NCBI GenBank assembly: GCA_028534125.1
Contig: CM052818.1
Location: forward strand, 7,132,001-7,196,000
DNA from: Lama glama
Taxonomy: Eukaryota
Length of the DNA stretch: 64,000 nt
Direction: 5' to 3'
Shown: in pieces, positions 13,340 through 26,790 of the stretch
How positions within the stretch are numbered: the stretch's first letter is position 1
Layout: every line of letters begins with the position of its first letter
The notes under the pieces: model-generated
Told to the model about the DNA's origin: nothing
What the model saw: the letters and a program-made list of their open reading frames with translations, nothing else
Databases searched by the model: none
Program-made: the position numbers and the translations under genes

Positions 13340-14610
13340 AGGGTATCTCTCTGCTGACTCATTCTCATAGGTGCTAGAAATACAACTGGGAACAAAATAA
13401 GGGGTGGGGGAATGGGGAATCCCTGCTTTCCTGGAGGTTACAGTTTAACTGGGGCAGAAGACAATAAACAGAAATTTAGGAGTCAGTAAGTGCTAAGAAA
13501 AAAATCTTAAGCAGTGATTAGGGGCTGAGGATATGGAAAGGATGGCAGGAGTGAGTGGGTTGCAATTTGTAATTTTAACCAGGGTTTAATGGCCAAGAGA
13601 CAGTGTCATTTGAGCATCGTCTTGAAAGAAGTAAGGAGAAAACCATGCAGATATATTAAGGAAGAGAGTTCCAGGCAAAAAAAAAAAAAACAGTCGGTGT
13701 CAAAGGCTCTGAGGTGGAAAGCTATGTAGCGTGTTCAGGGCTAGTAAGGAAGTGACGGCAGTGTTGGAGGAATGAGAATGAGTGAAGGAGAGTAGTTGGG
13801 TGATGAAGTTAGAGAGACAAGTGCAGGACGTGCAGAGCCCTGTAGGGTGTTGCAAAGTCTTTTGTTCCCACTTTGAACGGAAAGGGGAAACATTAGAGGA
13901 TTTTGAGCGGAGGAGTCACATGACCTGACTTAACAGTCTAGAAGGGGTCACTGTGGCTATGTTGAGGATGGACGGTAGAGGAGCAGGGGAAAAGCAAGGA
14001 AGAGAACTTGAGAAGCTACTTCGGTACTCCCGGCAGGAAGTGACGGTGATTTGGCTGGGGTGGTAGCAGTGGAGGCCTGAGAAGTGATCCATTTGTGTTT
14101 AGGTTTTGAAGGCAGAGCCAGCAGGATTGGCTGCCAGATTAGACGTGGAGTATGAAGGAAAGAGGAGTCAGTGATGACTCCAAGGCTTTGGAGCTGAGGA
14201 CTCAGCAGGGGTGGGGCCAGCTTTGGCGGGGGAAGTTGAGATATCTAAGTGGAGACGTTGAACAGGCAGTTGGATATTCCAGTCTGGAGTTTAGAGGAGA
14301 GGTAAACAGACTGGAGATATAAACTTGCAAGTTGTCAGCATCCGTGACATTTAAAGCCACGAAACTGGATGAGATCTCTAAGGCAGGAGTATAGTGAAGT
14401 CCAAAGACTGAGCCTTTAGAAGTCAGGGAGAGAGGAACCAGCTGAGAAAGGATGAGAAGGTGTGGCCAGTGAGAGAGGAAGAAAACCAAGGCCCAAGTGA
14501 ACAAAATGTTTCCTGGAGGAGGAGGGAGTGGTCAATTCTGTAGGTCAAGTAAGATAAGGATTGAGAATAGACCATTGAATTTAGCAACGTGCAGGAAAAT
14601 GGTGACTTCC
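13340..14610 (-). mobile_element. L2 fragment
   Basis: GAGGATTTTGAGCGGAGGAGTCACATGACCTGACTT; GGTAGCAGTGGAGG...GAAGGCAGAGCCAGCAGGATT; GGTCAAGTAAGATAAGGATTGAGAA. Confidence 0.8.
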
Positions 14611-14699
14611 ATACATCAGAGAAGAATTTTAGTCATTAATCTATGGCTCATTTCAAGGACAAAATTAAGTTTTAGAAGATTTATTTTAAAAAGCTACTT

Positions 14700-15260
14700 T
14701 TCAGTTCCTCAAAAAATTATAGAATTACCATATGACCCAGCAATTCTACTTCTAGGTATATGCTCGAAAGAGCTGAGAGCAGGAACTCAAACAGATACTT
14801 GTATACATTCAGAGCATTATTCAGGGTAACCTAAAGGTAGAAGCAACCTAAATGTCCACCAGCAGGTGAATGGATAAGCAAAATGTGGTATACACATACA
14901 ATAGGATGTCATTCATCCTTAAAAAAAAATGAAATTCCAATGCATACTACAACATAGGTGAACGTGGAAAACATACTAAGTGAAATAAGCCAGACACAAA
15001 AGAACAAATATTGTATGACTCCACTTATATAAGGTACCTAAAATAGTCAAGTTCATAAAGATAGAATGTAGAATACAGGTTATCAGAGGCTAGGGGCAGG
15101 AAGGAATGGAGAGTTGTTGTTGAATGGGTATGAGTTGCTGTTTGGGATGATGAAAGAATTCTGGAAGTGGATGGTGATGATTGTACAACAACATGGATTT
15201 ACTTAATGCCATTGAAGTCTACACTTTAAAAAGTTTGGAATGGTAAATGTAAATACCACA
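14700..15260 (+). mobile_element. L1 3' end (L1MB-like)
   Basis: AGAATTACCATATGACCCAGCAATTCTACTTCTAGGTATAT...AAGTGAAATAAGCCAGACACAAAAG...ACTTAATGCCATTGAA. Confidence 0.85.
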
Positions 15261-16572
15261 ATAAGAAGAAAGTATAGGATGCAGATAAAACACTGTCTGA
15301 AGGGAAACTGATTATAAATACATGTATGTGAATAAAAATCGATGAATGAGCAAAAAAAGGGTATTTTTTTCACTTCTGATCTAAGAGCTACGTTCTTTCT
15401 AAGCATCATCTATGACCCGGCTTTCCTGGCAGATCCTGTAGTACATGTTTGTTACACTCTCAGTGTCTCAAGCCTTAGCCATTGCGGTTAAAGAAAAGAG
15501 TGTCCCCTTACAAAGGTCATTATCATCAGAAGGGCAGGGAAAGAGTCAATTGCTACAGAGTGATCAAGTAATTATAATTTTTCGAAAAAGAGTTCATCTT
15601 TTTTTTATTAGTATCTGCAAATCTCTTAAGAGTTCATTTTAAGAGAAATACATGTATGTCTGTGTGTATGTGTTTGTATGTGTATACATGTATCTCTGCT
15701 CATTCAGGAAAACCTTTCTCTCTCTTATAGTTGTTCTTAAAAAGAATGTTCCTTGTATGCACACGTAAATAATTTCCCTGCTAAAAGCAGCATTTTTGAT
15801 CATTTAGCAGAGCCGATACGGAGAAAACCTTGAGTCCTGGAAGGTTTTGTGGCACAGCATATTTAATAACCGTGACAACTCAAGAATTTTGAGCAGACTC
15901 GCCTCCTTGTCTGGAATCTGTCGGCACCAGAGTGTCTCTGCTGGCAAGTCCTTAAATGTACTGTTTCAGCCAAAACTGTGCTAATGATGGTCTACCAAAT
16001 TTTAACAGGATGTTTTAAAAACTTGATAGTCTCATGATTGAAAAGAAAAAAAAAAAAGGCTTTCCTCTATTCCTTTCAGAAGCTGCCACTCTAAAATATG
16101 TGGCAAATTAAAAAAAAAAGTCTGAAATTGCTTTACAGCCTTGATGAAACAAAGACTGGTGTGTTGGTGTGGCTGCAAGGAGCTCTGCGCTGCCTTTGTA
16201 TGATTTCAGAGGTGAATTTAGATGGCTGGAAGATAGATGGGTGCCAGATGCAGTTTGACATAGATTCAGGCAGCTGCTCCTAGGCTAGGTTTCATTAGCT
16301 GGTAAGTGCGCCAGCAGAAGCAGCAGAGCGAGGCCCCAAATGCCAAAATGACAGTGAGAACAGTGGAACAATACAATATTCACTAAGTGATTTTAATCTC
16401 GGAGATTAAATGTCACCCAATCAGTTTCCAGGTTTTAAAAACCAACTCGTATAAAGCCATTAGAGGGCCCAGGTCTTTGTCCACTGGGATAAAAAGTTTT
16501 ACTTAAAAAAATTTTTTTATTAGTTTTAAAACAAACAGAAAGTGTCATAAAGCCATTTCGGTCAACCTTCGC

Positions 16573-16605
16573 CACACACGCACACACACACACACACACA
16601 CACAC
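16573..16605. repeat. (CA)n microsatellite
   Basis: Read directly. Confidence 0.95.
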
Positions 16606-19600
16606 CCACAGTAAAAGAAATGTATTCATTATTGCAACCAGGCAAATATTCCTCCATATAAATGGACCCAATGTTGGTTTGTTTGTCTGTCTTTCTTAAA
16701 ATGAAAGTCTTGGAAGAGCCTCCCAAGCCTGTTCCAGCTTTAAGGCCCCCTCCCCCACCACTACCACACCCATCCTTCAAAGAAAGACCAAGGTCTCAAA
16801 ACAGAGAGTGTATATTTATTTGCTTTTGAGACCTTATGATCTGCATAGCTAGTGGTGAATATGTACCCAACCACATAATTAATTGTGAATTAAAACCATT
16901 TTTTTCTGTAAAGAAATTTTGCTCTACTTGTGGGGTCATAAGTAATTATGAAACTGACTCCAGAACTCCCCATGCTTGATTACAACTCACATGTTTTCTC
17001 TGCTGAGAAAAGGAACCTTTATTTAGTATATTAAACTTACTAAACTTATCTTTGCTTTCCTGTTAAGAGTGTTATGATCTAATACATTAGTGATGCAACC
17101 ATTTTCTGTGGGGTAATTTTTAAAATTAAAATTAACACAAAATGAGTAATTGATCGGACATGAACATATTTGAAAACTGTAAATCTAACCAGTCTCTGCT
17201 TTTCTTATTTAGCCTTAGGAAACTAATGCATCACTTATAGTAGCTCTGAGGCATTACAGTGTACTTTTTTTTTTGCCCTCCAAATGAGTGTGTGCCCAGC
17301 TCTCTTAATAACAATGAGAGTTGTATATGTGCTCAGCAGAGAATAGCTTCCATTGTGTTTTAGTATTTTTAGTATTTTGCTTAGTAATAACGTTGTAATA
17401 CTACACTTTTTTTTAGCCTACAGCATGGTTAAAAATTTAGAAATACACTGACTGAGTCAGAAGCTGTATGTTCAGGAGCAATTATAATGTTAATTAATGG
17501 TTATATGATACCCTACCAAATTTTAATATATTCTGGGCTTGAATTTGTTACATACATATTCTCTGAAAGTTTAATTTCCTTGGGACAAATGCTATGTATC
17601 TGTGGACTTATATTTGAATTAAAGGGAATAATATCTTAGGTGACATGGTTTTAGGTTATCTAAATCCTAGGGAGTTGTTTCGAAGTAATCAAAGCTCCAC
17701 CTCTCACCTCCTTCCCTTTTTTTCCCCTCCCTTCCTCTTTTGGGCTAGTACTGACAACTTGACTACAGTGATCTAAATATTGAGACCTTTTTTTTAGTTT
17801 CACTGTATATACTACTCAAAACAGGTGGATTTGCAGACCTCTTTGATAAGGGGTAAATACTGAGTTGATGAAGCGTCTCTTTGGTTCAGCACACCCAGTT
17901 TTTGGTGAACCTAACTGGACTCAGATTGCATTTCTCACGAGCAGCCTTTAAAAGCCTACCTAAGCTTTCTGAATCTCCTCTGGGAGGAAAAAATGAGACA
18001 GCATGTGTAACACATTCAGCACAATATTTGGCACAAAGACTCATTCTATAGTTCTATATTCTGTTTCTTTTCTTTACCTTATGCAAATATTCTCTGGAAA
18101 AATTCTCATTTAACCTTATGAGAAAAAGTTAATACGTGCAGAAAACATATGCAGATCCTCTGAGAAAAGTGCTGTATGAATAAGTCCAAGATGTTATTGT
18201 GGTTATTACTATTAATTACCAACCAATACAAAGCCATTTTAATTGTTAATAATCATTTGACATTTTAATTCACTTTCCCGCCAATGAAGTAATAAATTTA
18301 AACCACAGTCTCTTACCACTTACGGCAAATGCTATTAATTATCTGTGCTGTATCTATTCCCCCTGTTCCCTGGTTCTGGTTTTGTGTGTTTTGCTGGTAA
18401 AATATATATAACCTTACATTTAACATCTCAACCATTTTTAAGTGCACAGTTCAGTGGTATTAAATACATTTCTATTACTGTGCAACCATCACCACCCTCC
18501 ATCGCCATAACTCTTTTCATGTTGTAAAACTAAGTACTTCATATAAGTGGAATCATATAGTATGTGTCTTTTTGTGATTGGCTTATTTCACTAAGCATAA
18601 TGTCTTCATCCATGCATGAGGTTTGTCCATGTTGTAGCGTATTGCAGAATTTCCTCCCTTTTTAAAGTTAAATAATACTCCATTGTATGTATATACCACA
18701 GTTTGCTTATCCATTCATCTGTCAGTGGACACTGTTGTTTCCATATTTCAGCTACTGTGAAAAATGCTGCTGTGAACATAGGCATACAAATATCTCTTTG
18801 AGATGTTGGCTTTCAATTCTTTGGGGGTATATTCCCAGAAGTGGAATTGTTGGCTTACAAAGTTACTCTATTTAAAAATTTTGTGTAAACACCATTCTGT
18901 TTTTCACAGTGGCTGTATTATTTTATGTTCCTACCAATAGGGCACAAGGGTTCCAACTTCAATTCACATCCTTGCTTGTACTTGTTGTTTTCTGGGGTTT
19001 TTTTATTTGTTTGTTTGTTGACAGTAGCCATCCTAATGGGTGTAAGATGTTATCTCACTGTAGTTTTGATTTGGATTGCCCTAATGATTAGTGAAGTTGA
19101 GCATTTTTTGTGTGCTTGTTGGCCATTCGTTTATCTTCTTTGGAGTAATGTCTATTTAAGTCCTTTACCTGTTTTTGAATTGGGTTGTTTGTTTTTGTTG
19201 TTGAGTTTAGGAGTTCTCTGTATGTTTTAGACATTAATCCCTCATCAGATATATGATTTACAAATATTTTCTCATTCTGTGGGTTGTCTTTTTACTCTGT
19301 TGATAGTGTCTTTTGATGCGCAAGATTTAAAAATTTTTATAAAGTCCAGTTTGTCTATTATTTTTTTTTTGCTACTTGTGCCTTTGGTGTTACATCCAAG
19401 AAATCAATGCCAAATCTAATGTTGTGAAGCTTTTGTCCTATGTTTTCTTCTAAGATTTTTATTGTTTTTAGTTCTTACATTTAGATTCTTGATTCATCTT
19501 GAGTTAATTTTTGTATATAGTGTTAGATAAGGGTCCAACTTCATTCTTTTGCATGTGGTTATCCAGTTTTCCCAGCACATTTGTTGAAAGATTGAATGGT

Positions 19601-20934
19601 CTTGGCACCCTTGTCAAAAATCATTTGATGATGTATGTGATGATTTATTTCTGAGCTCTCCATTCTATTCATTAGTCTATATGTCTGTCTTTATGCCAGT
19701 GCCATACTGTTTTGATTATTGTAGCTTTGTAGTAAAATTTGAAATTAGGAACTATAAGTTCTCCAGTTTTGTGCTTCTTTTTTGAGATTGCTTTGGCTGC
19801 TTAGTGTCCTTTGAGATTCCATATGAATTTTTAGAATGATTTTTCTATTCTTGCAAAAAAATATCATTGGGGTTTTGATAGAGATTGCATTGAATCTGTA
19901 GATTACTTTGGGTAGTATTGACATTTTAACAATATTATCTTCAGTCCATGAACATGGGATGTATTTTCATTTATTTATGTCTTCTTTAATTTCTTTCAGC
20001 AATGTTTTGGAGTTTCCATTTCACAAGTCTTTTGCACCTTTTTGATTAAGTTAATTCCTAAGTATTCTTTTTGATACTACTATAAATGGAATTGTTTTTG
20101 TAATTTCTTTTTCAGATTTTTCATTGTTTGTTGATAGAAATACAATCAGTTTAAAGTAATTGCTGATAAAGGAGGGACTTCTGTCACTGTGGTATTTGTT
20201 TTCTATATGGCTTACAGCTTTTGTCCCTCACGTTCTGTATTACTGTCTTCTTTTGTGTTGAGTTGATTTTTTTGTAGTGAAATGTTTAAATTCCCTCCTC
20301 ATTTTTTTTTGTGTATATTCTATAGCTGTTTTCTTTGTGATTACCATGGGGATTGCATTTAACATCCTAAAGTTATAACATTCTAGTTTGAATTTATAGC
20401 AACCTAGCTTCAATAACATACAAAAGCTCTGCTTCTTTATAGCTCCTTTCCAACCCCTTTCAGTTACTGATGTCATGAAATTAACCTGCTTATACATTGT
20501 ATGCCCCCAAATATAAACTAATAACTCTTTTAAATGCACTAGTCTCTTAAATTGTATAGAAAACAAGATTTGGAGTTACAAACCAAAGTTACAGTAATAT
20601 TAGCTTTTACACTAGTAATTGTTTTTCTCTTTAAATCTTTTAGTCTCTTAAATCATGTAGAAAACCAAAGGTGCAATTAAAAACACTTTCACAATAATAC
20701 TAACTTTTATAATTGCCATGTGTTTACTTGTATTGAGATCTTTATTTCTCCATATGACTTCAAGTTACTGTTTGGTGTCCTTTCATTTCACCTTGTAGGA
20801 CCCCCTTGAACATTTCTTGTAGGGCAGTCCTAGTCATCATGAACTCCCTCAGCTTTTGTTTATCTGGGAATGTCTTAATTTCTCCTCATGTTTGAAGGAC
20901 AGTTTTGCCAAATATAGGATTTCTGGTTGACAAA

Positions 20935-21012
20935 TTTTTCTTTTTCTTTTTCTTTTTCTTTTTCTTTTTTTCTTTTTCTTTTTCTTTTTCTTTTTCTTTT
21001 TCTTTTTCTTTT
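20935..21012. repeat. (TTTTTC)n simple repeat
   Basis: Read directly; lies inside the L1 remnant. Confidence 0.95.
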
Positions 21013-21601
21013 CCTTTTAGCACTGAATATATCAGCCCACTGTCTGCTGGCCTCCAAAGTTTTTGATGAGAAACATGCTGATAATCTTATTGAGGATCCC
21101 TATATGTGATGATTTGCTTATTTCTCACTGCCTTCAGGGTTCTGTCTGTCTTTAGAAATTTTTATTGTAATGTGTCTTGGTGTAGGTCTCTGAGTTCATC
21201 TTACTTGACATTTCTTGAGCTTTCTGGATGCTTATATCCATGTCTTGCCTCACATTGAGACGTTTTCAGCCTTCATTTCATCAGATAGTCTCTCTGGCCT
21301 TTTCTCTCCCTCTTCTGGGCCTCCCATGATGCGTACGTTGGCCCACTTAATGTTCCACGGGCCCCTTAGGCACTGCTCACTTTTCTTCAATCTTTCTTTC
21401 TTTTTTGTTCTCAGATTTGATCATTTCCATTGTCCTATCTTCAAGTTTGCTGATTCTTTCTTCTGTGCAAATCTGCCTTTGAATCTTTCTAGTGGATTTT
21501 TCATATAAGTTATAATACTTTTCAACTCTGGAACTTCTTTTTAATTTCCTTTTTAGGTTGTCTTTATTGAAATTTCCATTTTGTTCACACGTCATTTTCT
21601 T

Positions 21602-21629
21602 TTTTTTTTTTATTAACATTTTTTATTGA
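21602..21629 (-). mobile_element. 28-bp extreme 3' tip of a young L1
   Basis: Minus strand TCAATAAAAAATGTTAAT(A)10 matches the 3' end of the 49738-49905 L1; perfect 16-bp TSD CACACGTCATTTTCTT (21586-21601, 21630-21645). Confidence 0.75.
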
Positions 21630-23039
21630 CACACGTCATTTTCTTGACTTTCTCTACACCTTCCTTTAGTTCTCTGAGCACTTTAAAAAGACTTTTTTTA
21701 AATTAGTCTTTGTCTAGTATATGTCCATTAGGTCTTTTTCAAGGACAGTTTCTGGTTATTTTTTTTGTTTGTTTTTTGAATGGGTCATATTTTCTTGTGA
21801 ATTTTTGGTTGAGCAATGAATATTTGAATCTAATAATGTGGTGACTCTGGAAATCATATTTCTCCCCTTTATCAAGATTTGCTGTTTTTTTGTATTGTTT
21901 TTGTTTATCTTTTTTTTTTTTTTTTAATGTGATAGGCTGTCTCTGTGCCAAAGATCAGGCTGGGTGTAAATTTAAGATCTTCTCAAGTCTTTTCTGAGCC
22001 TTTCTGTGTGCATACATGATTATGTTCTTATTTTTCCTACATACTGCAGTTGTTTTTAAATGTCCTAGTCTTTAATGTCTAGGGTAAAAAGTGAAAAATA
22101 AAAATGAGTAGGTAGGTGTTGGCCGTTTAAATCCCCTGGCAGTCACTTCAGGTGGAAGAGGAGGGGCTTGCAACACGGTAGCGGGGTGGAGCTGCAGCAG
22201 CAGTGACTACCACCTCTTTATCTGCACTTCTGTGATCAGAAGCAACAATCAGAGCATAGACCCCTAATATTTAGAGGACAGGGTCCTTTTTGCTTCCCTG
22301 GCTCTTGCAAGGGGTACATGCACAGCTGGGAGTAAGGGGGCGGCTAGCTGCTACTGTGCTAAGAGCTGTAATTGACTGAAATTAACCAAAATTTACTGCA
22401 ATTTATCATATAAGTCTTCTGGAAGTTGGAAGCCTTTAAGAGACTCCAGAGTTCCAAAATGCTTATGTCATTTAGATTCTGTCAGTGCAATTTTTGTCTA
22501 GGTAGAGAGACAGATTCCTAGTGCTACCTACCTCATCATCTTCCCCAAATCCTTTTCCCCTCTTTCTGCTTTAGGGGAACCTGGATTTTATTTGGGGTAG
22601 CTCTGTGCTAAGCTAAAATACTTGATGTTCTGATACCCTTAGATAGATGAGGTAACTATGTTCTGGCTCTGTTTTACCCTGTGAAATGTGGGTAGAGGTC
22701 CCTAGGAAAATACCCCTTCTTGAATGAAAAGACAAAGCCTCATGAAGACTACTTTTGACTTTATTCTTAGATAGAACATAGATGAAATAACTGGTGGATA
22801 GCAGCCTTCTTATGACTCTAAGCACTATGAGGATGGTGGAACAGGTACTTTTGAACCATTTTTTCATTCCTGAGCTGCCTAACCTCAGACTTCTAATTTT
22901 ATGAGAAAAAAAAATAAATTCTTAGTCATTCCAGCCACGATTAGTATTTCTTTACTCACAGTCAAATGTAAATCGTAATATACCGTTCAAGCCCATCCAT
23001 CAAACTGAGGGTAGAAGCATGGACCACTGGTGATATTTG

Positions 23040-23076
23040 CAGGCAGATGCTCTGCCCTTGAGCTGTATCCCTCCGG
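23040..23076 (-). mobile_element. Tailless 5'-half of tRNA-Ala/SINE head
   Basis: Minus strand CCGGAGGGATACAGCTCAAGGGCAGAGCATCTGCCTG; flanked by TGG(T/A)GATATTTG (23028-23039, 23077-23088). Confidence 0.6.
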
Positions 23077-25756
23077 TGGAGATATTTGTACCTGTGATGA
23101 GCACCAGTATTTTTCAGAGCAACTCAACAGATTGAGATATGATGTCTGAGGTTCAGTTGCTTAGAGGTATAATGGGTATTAAAGAAATATGGATATGTCT
23201 ACTCCTAATAGGGCTTAAACTTCCTACTTGTTTTGTGTACATTCTCCATTTCTTTGGGTTCACTTGCCAAACATTACCGGCATTTTTTTTTCAGGTAGAA
23301 AAAGAGAGTATTGTAGCCCAGTTACAGCAATGGAAGTAGGAAGAGACATGCTAGATGCTGCTGTTATATTTTAAAGCCCTTGAAGAAAGTAGCTGATCTT
23401 TCCTAGTCTTTGCTATGTTTTGTTATGTATGCATTTTCCCCTCAGAATATAATTAAAGCAAAGAAACAAGGAGGAGGAAATTACAAATAATTAACAATTC
23501 AGGGGTCTTACATTCTCTCAGTTCTTTTCTTAAGCTTAGCCTAGGGCCTGACACAGTGGACAGTCAGTAAATATTTGTTAGACAAAGGGGAAAAAAAGGT
23601 GGAGTTGATTATATATTGAATTGCAGGGACAGATGTACATTTTGAATGCTAGTCAGATGAGATTTATTTAATAAAAATGTCTTTTTCCTGTCCTCCAGTC
23701 TGACCTAATGCCTTAAGTGAGTGGAGCTCCATCTCCTCTCCAGTGTGTGTCTCAAACCCTTGCATAAGATTCATTGCAGTTGGCAGCAATGTCTCAACCC
23801 TGGCTGGGGCAGAGCAAGGGAGCTCTCCTTCCAATACCAGTGACCACCAGTGCAGTATTGAATTTAATGAGCATTAAATAATTGAGTAATTATTAATAAC
23901 AGAAATAGCTACCTTTGTGTATCATTTTCAGAGACTATGCTAACATCTTTACATATGTAATTTCACTTAACCCACACGATAACACCATGCCTCAGGTCCT
24001 GATTCTGTCCCCTTTTTACAGTTGAGAAAATTGAGGCTTGAACAAGTTGCCTAAGGGCAGATCACCAGCACACGATCAAGCTGGAGCTTGAAACCCTGTC
24101 TGTCTCAGGACTACTTGACTCCAAAGTTGGTGTTCTTAGGCATGTTGGAAAATCTTGACTGTAGTTTGCTTAATTACATGTTAAATAATCTCAAAATACT
24201 CTGTGTTTTGTACTTTGGTTTTTCTGCAGAGGACCAAAAGGTTATGGTATAAAAGTGGCCCTACTCATAGTGAATGAAGACTTTTTTTACTGTTAATGTG
24301 GAAAAGGTGATTTCTGACTAAGGGTGCTTTATGTAATCTTTTTTTTATTTACTTCAGTTTCACAGCACGCACTCTTCTTCAAGTGGGAGGATGGGTCGGA
24401 GGTGGATGAATATGCTTTGCTGGAGTTACAGCAGCTCGTGGTGGAGGCAGGAGAGCGTGAATGTATGTGTCTTACGCAGAGTGCAGCTTCACAGCCGATG
24501 GGTCCATCGCTGAGCTGCGGGGCTGGGGCAGCCTGGTGAATCATGGCTGTCTGAGCTCTGTATGTGTCATCAATGCATGTGGGTTGAAATTGCACGGAAA
24601 CGTAGTAGTCCAGGAGAAATATAAATAAAAGTAAAATGCACCATTGGATTAAGAGTAACTATAGCATTTCATATAGCAACCAAATATTTGTGGAATCTGT
24701 ACATTTTGAGCTTTTTGGTTTTTGAGCTAATGATTTTGATTTTTAGCTTAGACCATCTTAGCATTTTTTATTTATTTGTTTAAGATTCAGTCATAAAAAT
24801 CTCACTCTGAACTAAAGCTGTTTATAGAAACTTAACCAATGTGTGTGCATAATAAAGAGAAAAGGATAAGATATATTTTAAAAATATGTTAAAAATTTGC
24901 TGCTTTATAAATAGGTAGGTAAATAGATAGATTAATGTCTCAAGAGATAGATTCCCATACTTAAAGTTCCCACCTGAATTTGTTTTCAGAAATGTGCTTT
25001 GGCAAAAAGTCTTCATTAGATGGTTAAGTGAAGTGATATTTGCAATAATGTAAATTTGAAAATAAAAACTGGATCTGGAATCTAGGCTTTGCAAAACTTG
25101 GTCATTGTGGAATCTCGAGAAAGTTTTCTTTGAACCTCAGTTCCTCCAGTGTAAACAGAATAGTTGTAGCTGGTTCTTGGGGCTTTAGGGTGTGGGGAGC
25201 AAATAAGATGATGATGTCAATGTGCTTTATAATGTGTATAAGTAAATAATTACACAGATTTGAAGGTGTGGCATTGTTATCACATACTCCACAGCCAGCT
25301 GATGGACCAGTCTAACACCATCCTTCATCCATGAAGGTGACAGTGTCAATTTCAGCCTCTCAGACAACACAGATTTATTGAGTTTTATGCTGTGTGAGGA
25401 CTTCCTTCACATCAGCAGAACTTATGTTTAGATTTACAACAGCTATGGTTTATGCGGCAACATATTATTTATGCAGCATACAGGCATTCTGCACACGTGC
25501 ATTTTATAGATGTTTGAAGTATCTCTTTAAGCCCCCAAATTTGTTTATTGTAAGCTTGCTTGATAAAAATCTTTCCCTATATCATTTGTTGTAGTTGTTG
25601 TTACATTTTTCCCCACAGAGAGCATTGAGCATAATGCTACCTTTTCTTCATGATTCAGCATCATTTAGATTGCTGAGGTATTCTGTTGAAATACAGAGCC
25701 CACCCCTATTTTAAATGATCCCACATCACTAAAATTTTTAAACTCTTGTATCAACA

Positions 25757-25896
25757 TTAAAAAAATTTTTTTTTAAATTTTGGGGGACAGGTAATTAGGT
25801 TTCTTTATTTATTTTAATGGAGGTGCTGGGGATTGAACCTAGGACCTCGTGCATGCTAAGCTTGTGCTCAACCACTGAGCTATCCCCTCTACCCTG
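25757..25896 (-). mobile_element. tRNA-Ala-derived SINE (Vic-1-like)
   Basis: Same consensus as the 798-940 copy; 12-bp TSD CTTGTATCAACA (25745-25756, 25897-25908). Confidence 0.9.
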
Positions 25897-26351
25897 CTTG
25901 TATCAACACTTTTTAATCCCCTCTACTCTGATTTCTAGTTATTAGCTGCCTTTTCCTTTTTTTTTTTTTTTTGGCTAGTATCAACGTGCTTCATTCTTAA
26001 TTCATTCTCCCCTCTAATTTCCATTTACAATCTATGGTTTGGAGGAGAAAGACAAAATCATCTTCAAGAGTGAAAAGACACTTAAGGAATACATGATGTA
26101 ACACATCGGTAACGCATGAGGTTGATGCTTGGGCTTTGTGATTTCTTCTTATTTCTCAAGGATTTATCTTTGCTTGTTTGTTGGATCCGAGTAGCAGGAG
26201 TCTCTCTGAATGAGTTGTTTTGCCCAGTGCCACCATTTACAGTCAGCATCAGTTTCCTCTAATAATCACCAGTGATACTTATCTAGCTCGTTACCAGTTA
26301 TAAAATTGTTCTACATCTCTTGATCCTCACATGATTGTGAGAGATAGACAG

Positions 26352-26354
<3 letters not shown>

Positions 26355-26393
<39 letters not shown>
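26355..26393. repeat. (GT)n microsatellite
   Basis: Read directly. Confidence 0.95.
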
Positions 26394-26396
<3 letters not shown>

Positions 26397-26790
26397 ATAC
26401 ATATATATACATTTTACAGATGAGAAAACTAAGGCATAGTAAGAGGTTATTCAGTGGACTTTACCCAAGGATTGTAGCTGAATGTCCCAGGGAGGTTCAT
26501 TTAACCAGACATTCCTGGTGCACCTACCTGGATATCCCATTTCCATAGGTCTGGGGCAGGACCCAGGTTGTATTTTAGAAAAAAATACCAAATAATTCTA
26601 ATGTGCATAGCTTTCCACAACTTGTTCCCCAATCTTTCACACATCCCTCCAACCCCTCTGCTCCCATTCAGAACCACTGGGTCAAGTTTTTATGACCAGG
26701 AAGTGATTTATTTGTTTAGATGCTTTCACTTGTGGGTCCACAATCAGTGGCTTAAATTTATGATTTTTTAATGGTCCTGTAACAAACTGA

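Larger units (their letters stand above)
18400..22560 (-). mobile_element. Ancient L1 remnant(s): ORF2 end/3'UTR (18400-20150) abutting ORF1/5' region (20150-22560)
   Basis: T-rich plus strand with L1 antisense text (ATAAGTGGAATCATATAGTATG; TTGCATTGAATCTGTAGATTACTTTGGGTAGTATTGACATTTTAAC; TTGAAGGACAGTTTTGCCAAATATAG). Confidence 0.85.

Noticed and set aside
20875..21109. KRKRKR/EKEK and FSFSFL ORFs
   Set aside because: Translations of the (TTTTTC)n repeat within a dead L1.
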